DNA of 64,000 nt from Propionibacteriaceae bacterium Y2011. Its GTDB lineage: Bacteria > Actinomycetota > Actinomycetes > Propionibacteriales > Propionibacteriaceae. Below, piece by piece: positions 18,721 to 27,530 of the stretch. Position 1 is the stretch's first letter. Every line of letters begins with the position of its first letter. The position numbers were made by a program, and so were the translations under genes. The notes beneath the pieces were generated by a model. That model was not told the origin of the DNA. It ran no database searches and saw only the letters and a list, made by a program, of their open reading frames with translations. The stretch lies in the NCBI GenBank assembly GCA_050157065.1, contig CP189573.1; one strand, given 5' to 3'.

Positions 18721-20073
18721 TCAGGCCACCTTGTCGAGGTCGGCGACCCAGGTGTTGCACAGCGACAACTGCCCCTTGCCGCGCATCCGCTCGTACCAGT
18801 ACTGGTAGGACTCCGCCTTGCCGTGCCACTCGTTCTGGTCCTCGGAGAACCAGCGCTGGAACTCCTCGTCGTCCTGCGGTCCCCACGCCGGGTTCCGGAG
18901 TTGGGTGACCTGCCCGAAGGCGAAGCACTCGGCCTGCAGTTCGAGCCGCCGCGATGCCTGCGTCTTCTCCTCCACCTGTGCCGAGTAGTAGGCCTCCAGC
19001 ACCCCGATCTGCTGTTGGACGTGGTGCATGAACTCGTGGACCATCAGGTGCAGGGCAGCCAACCGGACGTACTGGTCGTACCGGTCCACCACATCCGGAT
19101 TCGCGTAGATCGTCTGGTTCGCGCCGCAGTAGAACGGCACCGTGTCGGTCTGGTTGCCGCAGGGCGTCTGGATCTCACCGCTGTGGGTGACCAGGACGGG
19201 CTTGGTCAGCGCCTGCCCGTGGCTTGCCCGGAAGGACGGCCCGATCCGATCCATCAGGCACGCCACCAGATCGTCGTAGTAGGTCCGGAACGCCGCACCG
19301 GTCGGGGCTGCCGGATCGGCCATCGCCGGGCACTCCCAAGCGCCGAGGTCGGTGGCGTAGAACGGGTTCTCGACGAGCAGGGGGAGGTTTCCGTACGTCC
19401 CGCCGGCGCTGGAGCCACCCGGTGAGGGAGAGGTGGACAGGGTCGGCGTCGGGGTCGGGGAGGGTGTCGGAGTCGGGGTCGGGGTCGGCGTGGGTGTCGG
19501 GCTGGGGCTCGGCGACGTCATCGCCGACGGGGTCGACACCGGCGGGGCCACGGTGCCGGTACCGTTCCCGCCGAGCAGCGCCACGGTCGACACGATCCCG
19601 ATGATCGAGGCGACCACGACGGCCGCGGTCACTGCGATCAGCAGCGGCCACGGCTTGCGCCGCGGCGGTGGAGACCCCAGCGGCTGGTGGGCGGGCCTGC
19701 CGACACCCGGTCCGAACGGCGAACCGCCGACCGAGCCCGGTTGGCCACCGAAGGGCGACTGCCCGTACGCCTGTTGGGTTGTCCCCTGCCCACCGAACGG
19801 CGCCTGCCCGTACGCCTGCTGCCCGTACGCCTGCTGCTGTTGCCCGTACGGCTGCTGCTGTTGCCCGTACGGCTGCTGCTGTTGCCCGTACGCCTGCTGT
19901 TGTTGCCCGTACGGCTGTGGACCGGACTGCTGCGCGCCGAACGGGGACGGCTGATCCGCACCACTCCCCTGCCACGGCTGGCCGCCGTTGCCGAACGGAT
20001 TGCCCGCCGGATTGGGCTGGCTGAACTGGTTGCCGAAGGCGGACTTGCGGGGCGCGGGGTTCGACCAGCTCAC
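18721..20073 (-). CDS. paralogous membrane-anchored putative neutral zinc metallopeptidase (HExxH)
   Basis: 450 aa. YGQQQQP repeat N-terminus, TM helix, PT linker, C-domain with HEFMHHVQ. Stop is 1 nt before the downstream paralog start. Confidence 0.7.
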   Translation of the reverse strand: MSWSNPAPRKSAFGNQFSQPNPAGNPFGNGGQPWQGSGADQPSPFGAQQSGPQPYGQQQQAYGQQQQPYGQQQQPYGQQQQAYGQQAYGQAPFGGQGTTQQAYGQSPFGGQPGSVGGSPFGPGVGRPAHQPLGSPPPRRKPWPLLIAVTAAVVVASIIGIVSTVALLGGNGTGTVAPPVSTPSAMTSPSPSPTPTPTPTPTPTPSPTPTPTLSTSPSPGGSSAGGTYGNLPLLVENPFYATDLGAWECPAMADPAAPTGAAFRTYYDDLVACLMDRIGPSFRASHGQALTKPVLVTHSGEIQTPCGNQTDTVPFYCGANQTIYANPDVVDRYDQYVRLAALHLMVHEFMHHVQQQIGVLEAYYSAQVEEKTQASRRLELQAECFAFGQVTQLRNPAWGPQDDEEFQRWFSEDQNEWHGKAESYQYWYERMRGKGQLSLCNTWVADLDKVA

Positions 20074-20266
20074 CGCTCAACCTCCTGCAACGGTCCCAGA
20101 TCCTTCGGTTCGGATTCGACAAGTTCGGATTCCACAAGATGGTGGGTCCACCGCCGGGCGGGCCCCTCAGCATCGTACGTGGCGCTCGGTCCGCTGCCTC
20201 GCTCGATCGTCACAGCGCCGTGCGAATCCGGCCCGGTTTGCCCTGCGCCGTCGAATGCCGTAGGCA

Positions 20267-21067
20267 ATGGCCATGGCCAGCCCCACATCCCGTCCGGCTG
20301 CACCTTCCGAGATCGCCGACCTGGCCCGGTCGGCGAGCCGCGTCGTCGTGCTCACCGGCGCCGGCATGTCCGCCGAGAGTGGACTGCCGACCTTCCGGGA
20401 GGCCCAACAGGGCCTGTGGGCGAAGTACGACCCGATGACCCTGGCCAGCCCGGAAGCCTTTCGGGCCGAGCCCGACCTGGTGTGGGCCTGGTACGCGTGG
20501 CGCCGCGAGATGATCCAGCTGGCACTCCCCAACGCCGGACATTTCGCCCTGGTCCGCTGGGCCGAGTTGACCTCGGTCGAGATCGTGACCCAGAACGTCG
20601 ACGACCTGCACGAGCGCGCGGGCAGTGACGTCCTGGCACACCTGCACGGCAGCATCGGCGCGCTGCGCTGCTTCGACTGCGACAGGCCGTTCACCGACCG
20701 GATCGACTGGCCCTCCGGGCAGGTGGAACGACTGCCCCCGCCGCGGTGCCCCGAGTGCGACGGAGCGATCCGACCCGGCATCGTGTGGTTCGACGAGCCG
20801 CTCCCCAGTGACGACCTGTCCCGGGCCGAGGCCGCGTCACTGGCCGCCGACCTGATGCTCGTCGTCGGCACGTCGGGTCTGGTCTACCCGGCCGCCGGGC
20901 TACCGGTGACCGCCCGCTACTCCGGAGTGCCCGTGGTCGAGATCAACCCGGTCGAGACGTCGCTGTCGGAGCACCTGACCCACCGGTGGCGGGTCACCGC
21001 CGCCGAAGGCCTGTCCGCACTGGTCGACGCGGTTTCCAACGAATCGGTCACCGGCGCCGGATCCTGA
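20267..21067 (+). CDS. cobB: NAD-dependent protein deacylase, Sir2 family (CobB-like)
   Basis: GAGMSAESGLPTFR, QNVDDLH, Zn-ribbon CFDCD...CPECDG, and GTSGLVYPAAGL. Confidence 0.85.
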   Translation: MAMASPTSRPAAPSEIADLARSASRVVVLTGAGMSAESGLPTFREAQQGLWAKYDPMTLASPEAFRAEPDLVWAWYAWRREMIQLALPNAGHFALVRWAELTSVEIVTQNVDDLHERAGSDVLAHLHGSIGALRCFDCDRPFTDRIDWPSGQVERLPPPRCPECDGAIRPGIVWFDEPLPSDDLSRAEAASLAADLMLVVGTSGLVYPAAGLPVTARYSGVPVVEINPVETSLSEHLTHRWRVTAAEGLSALVDAVSNESVTGAGS

Positions 21068-21139
21068 TCGGCCGACGAGGGCGACGGGAGTCGTCTCGAC
21101 ACGCTCGACGGGCGTCGGCAGTCGTTCTACGGTGACGAG

Positions 21140-22030
21140 GTGACACAGCGGTACGACCTCGACCTGCAGCCCGATCGGGCACACTTCCTCGCCCGGGCCG
21201 AGGACTGGTTGGCCGGCGACCCCGTACGCAACACGATCATCACCTCGATGGCGCACCGGACCGACTCGCGGCCGATGCCCGGCAACTGGTGGCTCAGCGT
21301 CCATGATCATCAGGGCCACGTCGTCGGCGCCGGGATGCGCACCGCCCCGGGCGGCCGCCGGCCGCCGTACCTGGCGGCCATGCCGGGCCCTGCGACCAGC
21401 CTGCTGACCGAGCTGTTGCTCGCGCGCGAGGAGCTGGTCACTGCGGTGAACGGTCACGACGCCACCACCCGGCTGTTCGCCGAGCACTACGCCGCGGCCA
21501 CCGGGCAGGTCGTCTCCGAACACATGCTGACCCGACTGCACGAGATCCGGACGGTGCGGCCGCCCACCCGGCCGCCGGGCGAGCTGCGGCGGCCGACGAC
21601 GGCCGAGGTCGACCTGGTGACCGACTGGCTGGCCGCCTTCACCGCCGAGGCCGATGCCCAGGGCGGCCGCTCCGAAGCCGACCGTGACCCGATCCTCCCC
21701 GCGCCGACGCGCACCGAGGTGGCCCGGCGGATCGACCTCGGCGAACTGTGGGTGTGGTCGGACGGATCGCGCCCGGTGCACCTCACCGGATTCCGACCGC
21801 CCAGTTACGGCGTCGCCCGGATCGGCCCGGTCTACACGCCACAGGAGTTCCGTGGGCACGGGTTTGCCGGCGCAGCGGTGGCCGAGTTGTCATCGCGGTT
21901 GCTGGGCGAGGGCAGCCGAGTCTGCCTGTTCACCGACCAGGCCAATCCGGTGTCGAACCAGCTGTACGCGAAGCTCGGGTACGAGGTGGTCACCGACACC
22001 GTCGGCCTCCACCTCGATCCGCGCAACTGA
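21140..22030 (+). CDS. GNAT-family N-acetyltransferase (two-domain)
   Basis: C-terminal acetyl-CoA-binding pattern (RGHGFAGAAVAEL...QLYAKLGYEVV). Confidence 0.55.
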   Translation: MTQRYDLDLQPDRAHFLARAEDWLAGDPVRNTIITSMAHRTDSRPMPGNWWLSVHDHQGHVVGAGMRTAPGGRRPPYLAAMPGPATSLLTELLLAREELVTAVNGHDATTRLFAEHYAAATGQVVSEHMLTRLHEIRTVRPPTRPPGELRRPTTAEVDLVTDWLAAFTAEADAQGGRSEADRDPILPAPTRTEVARRIDLGELWVWSDGSRPVHLTGFRPPSYGVARIGPVYTPQEFRGHGFAGAAVAELSSRLLGEGSRVCLFTDQANPVSNQLYAKLGYEVVTDTVGLHLDPRN

Positions 22031-22044
22031 GCGGGATCTTGAGC

Positions 22045-22182
22045 CGTGCTTCGTAAGGACGGTCGCCACAGCGACGTAGGTGGAGCTGACGTCCAGCAAC
22101 GTCACCACAGCGCCCGTCCATACGAGAGCCGGCGTTCCCGCGGGAACGTTCCGGCCCAGCCGCACCGGATCAGTTGTTGTCG
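22045..22182. repeat. about 137-nt duplicated structured intergenic element, family 2 copy 1
   Basis: About 97% identical to 31262-31398. Contains the 16-nt perfect palindrome cgttcccgcgggaacg. Sits between convergent genes. Confidence 0.8.
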
Positions 22183-22192
22183 TGGTCCGCGG

Positions 22193-24358
22193 TCACGGAA
22201 GGCTCTGCTCATACCGTGGAATCTCCTGCTCCAGCGCGTGGCTGAGGTGCGCGAGCTTCCAGCGGATGTGTGCGGCATCGCCGAGGTAACCCATGGTCGG
22301 TTCCCAGCCCAGGCGTGAGTCCGCCTCCACGTACCCGATGGCGGACTCGGCGTTGGTGTACTCCTCGCCGCCGATCGCGGTCAGCTCGGCGAGGAGCTCG
22401 CGGGCACGGGCCGGGTCGGCCTCGACGAGTAGTCGGGACTTGGCGAGCCACCAGCGTTTGGTGTTGATCGTGGTGGCGATACAGCACGTAATGAATCCAC
22501 CCAGGTTCCGCTGCCGGTCCACCTCGGCGCGGCGGTGGGCCGGGGCCAGCGTCACGGCCCGATCGAGGTGCTCCAGCCCGGTCGACCACAGCTCGGCCAT
22601 CTCCTGCAGGCTGAGGATCTCGGCCGGGACCCGGATCGCGGGGGCGGTCTTCAGCTGTCGTCCCGCGGTGTCGGGGGCGTAGGGGATCTTGACGATCATG
22701 TCGCCGAACATGGCCTCGTCGTCCACCATGAGCTTCGGCACCGCGAACAGCGTCAGCGGGTAGGCCGGACCGATCCGGAACGGGCCGTACTGGTCCGCCG
22801 CGGTCGGAACATAGTGGGTGCTGGCCTGGCTCCAGGCCCGCCACGCCGCCAGCGCCTCCTCGGCGCCGGCACCGAAGTCGCGACGGGCCAATGTTGACAG
22901 GTACAACTCGGGGTCCGGTGCCGGATCGTGGAAGGTGGCGTTGGTGAGCTCACTGATGAAGCTGGGCATCCAGCCGTAGTGGTGGTTCTCCATCAGCAGA
23001 CCGAGTCCCCAGTCGTCACGAGCCCGGTTGACCGCGGCATGCCGCCGGCTCCACTGGTACGGAATCGGCTGGTAGCCGATCACCCCGATGTCCCAGGTGA
23101 GGCCGCCGGTGTTGGTCATCGAGGCCAGGGCCATGCCCCGCTCGTGCACCGCCGTCGCCTCGGAGCGGAAGTAGTCGCCGGGCCCGACATGGGAGGCGGT
23201 GTAGTCGGCGCAGGTGTTGGTCACCCCATGGTGGGTGAACGACTGGAACATCTCGAAGGTGACCTGCACCGTGACGTCGTCGGGCAGGTTCTTGATCAAC
23301 TCGAGCCGGTCCTCCTTCGGCGCGTAGCCCCAGTTGTAGGTCCAGAACACGATCTCGGCGTCGGGGTTCTCCGCCCGGCAGGCATCCCGGACCCGCGCCA
23401 CCCATTGCGGGTAGTCGGTGCACGGCCACCAGCCCGGCGAGGGTTTGCTGTTGGGCAGGTTCCCGGGAACGGGGTCCAGCCGCAGCCTCCCGGTGGTGTG
23501 CGGATCAGTGCTGGGGAACTCGATGGACTCCCCCACCAGCACGATTCCCTTCGCCTGTGGGCAGGCGGCGAAGCACGCCCCGTACGTCCGCGCGTAGAAC
23601 TCCTCCGCACCGGGGGCATCGGGATGCGGTGCCCGGTCCCCACGGAAGTAGGCGTAGAGATAGGTGTCCAGGCCGTGGCGCTCGGCCCGTTCGGCCAGTT
23701 CGGCGAGCCGCTGGTGTCGGCCCCGGCTCCCGCTCGCCGGGTTGCGCCGGATCTGCCCGTCCGGTGTCCGGTCCGGCGCCGAGACAAAGACCACGATCGC
23801 GTCCATCCCGGCATGGGCGAGCTGTGCCAGATGCTCGTCGGGGAAGTCATCGAGGCCGTACCCGGAGTGACTCATCCGGCGGAACCGCGGTGTCCGGGTG
23901 TACCGCCCCGGTGACAGGTACGGCCCGCCCCGCAGGTTGCACAACTCCTCCAGGTGGTGTGCCGCACGCAGCGCTCCACGGGATCCTCGTCCACACAGCA
24001 GGATCCGGCGGTCCTCGATGACGACCAGCTGGGAGCGGTCGTCCTCGCCGAGCCCCGCGGTGTCGACCCCGGCGGGCGCTGCGGTGGCCGCGGACACCAC
24101 GACCGACGGTCGCTCGCGTGCCGCCCGCGCAGCCGGCACGATCGGCACCGACACCTCCATGCTGACCAACAGGTAGTCCTGCAGGTCGGTGGCCGCGGTA
24201 CGGGCCAACGGGTCCTCGCCGTCGAACACGATCTGCCAGTCGCCGGTGATCTCGGTCTCGTCAGACTCACGGGTTGCCGCCGGGTCGCGGCGGTCAGCGG
24301 TGTGGACCGTGGTCAACCGCTGGCGAAAGCCGTACCGGGGCTCCGGTGCCAACGTCAT
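22193..24358 (-). CDS. large hypothetical protein, probably a glycoside-hydrolase-like TIM-barrel enzyme
   Basis: 721-aa ORF with consistent codon usage. 4-nt overlap with the upstream SBP gene implies an operon. No motif securely recognised. Confidence 0.55.
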   Translation of the reverse strand: MTLAPEPRYGFRQRLTTVHTADRRDPAATRESDETEITGDWQIVFDGEDPLARTAATDLQDYLLVSMEVSVPIVPAARAARERPSVVVSAATAAPAGVDTAGLGEDDRSQLVVIEDRRILLCGRGSRGALRAAHHLEELCNLRGGPYLSPGRYTRTPRFRRMSHSGYGLDDFPDEHLAQLAHAGMDAIVVFVSAPDRTPDGQIRRNPASGSRGRHQRLAELAERAERHGLDTYLYAYFRGDRAPHPDAPGAEEFYARTYGACFAACPQAKGIVLVGESIEFPSTDPHTTGRLRLDPVPGNLPNSKPSPGWWPCTDYPQWVARVRDACRAENPDAEIVFWTYNWGYAPKEDRLELIKNLPDDVTVQVTFEMFQSFTHHGVTNTCADYTASHVGPGDYFRSEATAVHERGMALASMTNTGGLTWDIGVIGYQPIPYQWSRRHAAVNRARDDWGLGLLMENHHYGWMPSFISELTNATFHDPAPDPELYLSTLARRDFGAGAEEALAAWRAWSQASTHYVPTAADQYGPFRIGPAYPLTLFAVPKLMVDDEAMFGDMIVKIPYAPDTAGRQLKTAPAIRVPAEILSLQEMAELWSTGLEHLDRAVTLAPAHRRAEVDRQRNLGGFITCCIATTINTKRWWLAKSRLLVEADPARARELLAELTAIGGEEYTNAESAIGYVEADSRLGWEPTMGYLGDAAHIRWKLAHLSHALEQEIPRYEQSLP

Positions 24359-26013
24359 TGATCGGCCTCCCGTGCTGCGATCAGTTCCTCGCGCATCTGG
24401 TCACCGCCACCGTCGCGCCAACGCTGCACCGTGGCGTCCCAGTCCTCCATGGTCGCCCTCCCCTGGATCACGTCCCACTGTCGGTTGGTGACGTCGCGCA
24501 GGAGTCCCGGGCCCTTGGTGGTCTCGGTCGGCGAGTACAGCCCGAGGTCACCGGGTGGCACCTGGTCGGCGATCACCACCTTCTCGTTGGCCCAGTCGGC
24601 CTCGGTCACCTCGTCGTGGTTCGGGAAGAACAGCACGGTCGGGGGGCGGGCGATGTACACGAGATTGCCCATGTACTCGGTGTCGCCCTTCTTCGTACGG
24701 ACCGGCAGTCCAGCCTCGTCGTCCCAATTGAAGTGCTGGCCCTCAACGCCATAGTTGAGGAAGAGGTACTCCGGAGTCCCGAACGGCGCCGCCATGTAGT
24801 TGGCGATGCCGAGAAGCCTGGCCACCCGCTCCGGATCGCTCTTCCGGATCACCGCCATCGTGTTGCGGCCACTGGTGACATAGGCGGGTGCCGGACCTCC
24901 ACCCTCGGCGCGCGGGATCGGGACGAACCCCATCCCCATCTCGGGATTGATCGTGTGGTTCGCCGTCAACATCCCGCGATAGCCGACGCCGGCGCCGGCA
25001 TAGGTCGCGATCGCTCCGGTGCCGAACCAGTCCACGATCTGCTGCTCGGTGAGGAACGAGTTCGGGTGGCAGATCCCGTCGGCCCACAGCTGTGTCACGC
25101 AGGCGAGCGCCTCCTTGTACTCCTCGGTCTCGATGTTGAACACGAACGAGTCGTCGGTGGCGCGCCACCCGTTGGGGGCCCCGAACATCGGCAGGCACAG
25201 CGCAAACAGCTGGGATGCCGTTCCGGCGAAGGAGTCCCGGCCGACGGCCGCCATCGCCGTGAACAGTTCGACCATCTCGGTGGCGTCGGCGGGCCGGTCG
25301 TTCCACCCATGACGCTCCACCAGGTCACTGCGCACCACCATGAAGCGCTGCAGCAGCCGCGAGACGCTGGGGATCCCGTAGATCTTGCCGTTGTAGACGC
25401 AACTGCGCCACGCCGTCTGCGGGAAGTTCGCCAGGTACGGGTAGTCGCCAACCGCATCGCCGGTCACGTACGGTGTCAGGTCCTCGAAGGTGGAGTCCAG
25501 CAGTCTCGGCAGATCCATCGGCAGGTTCCCCGGAATCTCCATGATGTCGGGAATGTCGCCACCGGCGACCACCGTGCTGACCTTGGCCGTGAACTGGCCC
25601 GGCGGGATCGACTGGACGTCCAGCTCGCAGTCGAGGTTGGTGTTCAGTTGCTGCCAGTAGGTGCTGTCCGCCAACGGCACCTGGGGTTTGCCACCCAGGG
25701 CGATGAGTGCGCTGGCCGAGATTCCGCCACCCGGAGGCGGTAACGGTTCCCCGGCGTCGCGTGGATAGCTCAGGAACCCCTCCACGCCTCCTTCGACGCT
25801 GGCAGGGAAGTCGGGGGCCACCCCAGCGAATTGTTGGTACGTCGGGAAGTCGATCTGCTCGACGTCCCGGGTCCCTCCCAGCGGGACCTGGTCACCTCCG
25901 TCGGAGGTGGTGCACGCCACGCTGGTCGCGCCAACGGCGATGCCGCCCGCAGCCAGCGCTCCGGCGCGCATCACCGCCCGCCGGGTCAGTGGTCGATGGG
26001 TCAGGTTCGGCAT
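24355..26013 (-). CDS. ABC transporter substrate-binding lipoprotein (large LipO-like sugar SBP)
   Basis: Start MPNLTHRPLTRRAVMRAGALAAGGIAVGATSVAC (RR motif plus lipobox), ATG at 26011-26013. Confidence 0.82.
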   Translation of the reverse strand: MPNLTHRPLTRRAVMRAGALAAGGIAVGATSVACTTSDGGDQVPLGGTRDVEQIDFPTYQQFAGVAPDFPASVEGGVEGFLSYPRDAGEPLPPPGGGISASALIALGGKPQVPLADSTYWQQLNTNLDCELDVQSIPPGQFTAKVSTVVAGGDIPDIMEIPGNLPMDLPRLLDSTFEDLTPYVTGDAVGDYPYLANFPQTAWRSCVYNGKIYGIPSVSRLLQRFMVVRSDLVERHGWNDRPADATEMVELFTAMAAVGRDSFAGTASQLFALCLPMFGAPNGWRATDDSFVFNIETEEYKEALACVTQLWADGICHPNSFLTEQQIVDWFGTGAIATYAGAGVGYRGMLTANHTINPEMGMGFVPIPRAEGGGPAPAYVTSGRNTMAVIRKSDPERVARLLGIANYMAAPFGTPEYLFLNYGVEGQHFNWDDEAGLPVRTKKGDTEYMGNLVYIARPPTVLFFPNHDEVTEADWANEKVVIADQVPPGDLGLYSPTETTKGPGLLRDVTNRQWDVIQGRATMEDWDATVQRWRDGGGDQMREELIAAREADQ

Positions 26014-26051
26014 GTCGAGTCCCCTTCGTCTCTGGATGTGTGCCGCTGTGC

Positions 26052-27530
26052 TCAGGTCCTGTGGTGGATGGGGATGTCGAAGGGGAACCCGCTCGACGGG
26101 TCGACGCACAGATCTCGGATCGCAGCATGCGCGGCGACGACCCGCTCGTGCCGCTCGGACCACAGGTTGGTGGTCTCGTACGGATCGGTGCCCAGGTCGT
26201 ACAGCTGGCCCTCGGCCCAGTCCGGTCCGCAGCGCTGGCCGAGTGGGCGGGACGTGCCTCCGGAGCCGGTACCGAAGATGGTCTTGAGCTCGCCGGTTCG
26301 CAGACCGAACCAGCCGGCTGCGCTGTGGTGCACCACACTGTCGCGGTACGGCTGCCCGGCGGGACCCGACCCGGACCCGGCCAGCAGCAACGGCAACAGA
26401 TCGGTCCCGTCGGGTGCGGCGCCAGCCGGCAGGCGTGATCCTGTCGCGGCCGTTATGGTCGGGAACAGGTCGGTGAGGCAGAACAGGTCGTCGATCACCG
26501 TCCCGGCTGGGATCCGGCCTGGCCAGCGCACGATGAACGGGATCCGGTGACCGCCCTCCCAGCTGTCACCCTTGCGTCCCCGCCACGGGCCGTTCGCGGG
26601 ATGGCCGAAGTCGCGTCCCTCGATGTCGATCGGCATCGCGCCGTTGTCACTGGTGAGCACCACGATCGTGTTGTCGGCGATCCCGAGCTCGTCGAGCGTG
26701 CCGCAGACCTGGTCGACCACCCAGTCGACGAGGCACACGAGGTCACCGCGGTCGCCGGCCCGGGAGGCGCCCCGGACCAGCTCCGGGACCGCGAGCGGCC
26801 GGTGCGGTGCGGATGTCGCGTGGTAGACGAAGAACGGGCGATCCGTGGCCGCCTGTTGGCGGATCCAGTCGCAGGTCTCCCGGGCGAACCGAATGTCCAC
26901 CTCCTCGTCCACCCAGTCCGGTGATTGCCGGCCCATCGTCTGCTGCGGCAGCAGGTTGACCTTCTGCCGGTCCGGGAGCACCAGGGGACGATCATCTGTC
27001 AGGTAGCAGTACGGCGGCATGTCCAGCGATCCGGTCATGCCGAAGAAGTGGTCGAAGCCGAGCTCGAGTGGCCCGTGGCGGAACGGCCGGGTGTAGTCGG
27101 CACGCGTACCGCACTTGATGTCGGGCAGGCTGACCCCCAACGGCAGGTCGAACTGGTCCCACACACTGCCGTCCTGCCAGGACCACCCCAGCCCGAGGTG
27201 CCACTTCCCGATCGCCGCAGTTGCGTAGCCGTCGGCCGACAACGCGCTGGCCAGCGTCGGGCGGTCCCGTTCGATGATGGCCGGCGAGTGTCCCAGCAGC
27301 ACGCCGGTCTTCAGTGGCGACCGCCAGCAGTAGCGGCCGGTGAGCAGCCCGTACCGGCTGGGTGTGCACACCGCCGACGGTGCGTGGCAGTCGGTCAGCC
27401 GGGCACCGCCGGCGGCGAGCCGGTCGACGGCCGGGGTGGGGATCAGTTCGGCACCGTAGCAGCCCAGGTCTCCCCAGCCGAGGTCATCGGCGAGGATCAC
27501 CACGACATTGGGGCGGGCACCGTCCATCAT
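26052..27530 (-). CDS. Cys-type sulfatase
   Basis: 492 aa. VVILADDLGWGDLGCYG and CTPSR formylglycine motif. Confidence 0.85.
   Translation of the reverse strand: MMDGARPNVVVILADDLGWGDLGCYGAELIPTPAVDRLAAGGARLTDCHAPSAVCTPSRYGLLTGRYCWRSPLKTGVLLGHSPAIIERDRPTLASALSADGYATAAIGKWHLGLGWSWQDGSVWDQFDLPLGVSLPDIKCGTRADYTRPFRHGPLELGFDHFFGMTGSLDMPPYCYLTDDRPLVLPDRQKVNLLPQQTMGRQSPDWVDEEVDIRFARETCDWIRQQAATDRPFFVYHATSAPHRPLAVPELVRGASRAGDRGDLVCLVDWVVDQVCGTLDELGIADNTIVVLTSDNGAMPIDIEGRDFGHPANGPWRGRKGDSWEGGHRIPFIVRWPGRIPAGTVIDDLFCLTDLFPTITAATGSRLPAGAAPDGTDLLPLLLAGSGSGPAGQPYRDSVVHHSAAGWFGLRTGELKTIFGTGSGGTSRPLGQRCGPDWAEGQLYDLGTDPYETTNLWSERHERVVAAHAAIRDLCVDPSSGFPFDIPIHHRT

Noticed and set aside
20267-21067. Sir2 protein as an antiphage defence (Thoeris/DSR-like) effector
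   Set aside because: It has the complete classical sirtuin motif set including the Cys4 zinc ribbon, and is only 266 aa. There is no TIR, SLOG or large N-terminal partner. This fits a housekeeping CobB-type deacylase.
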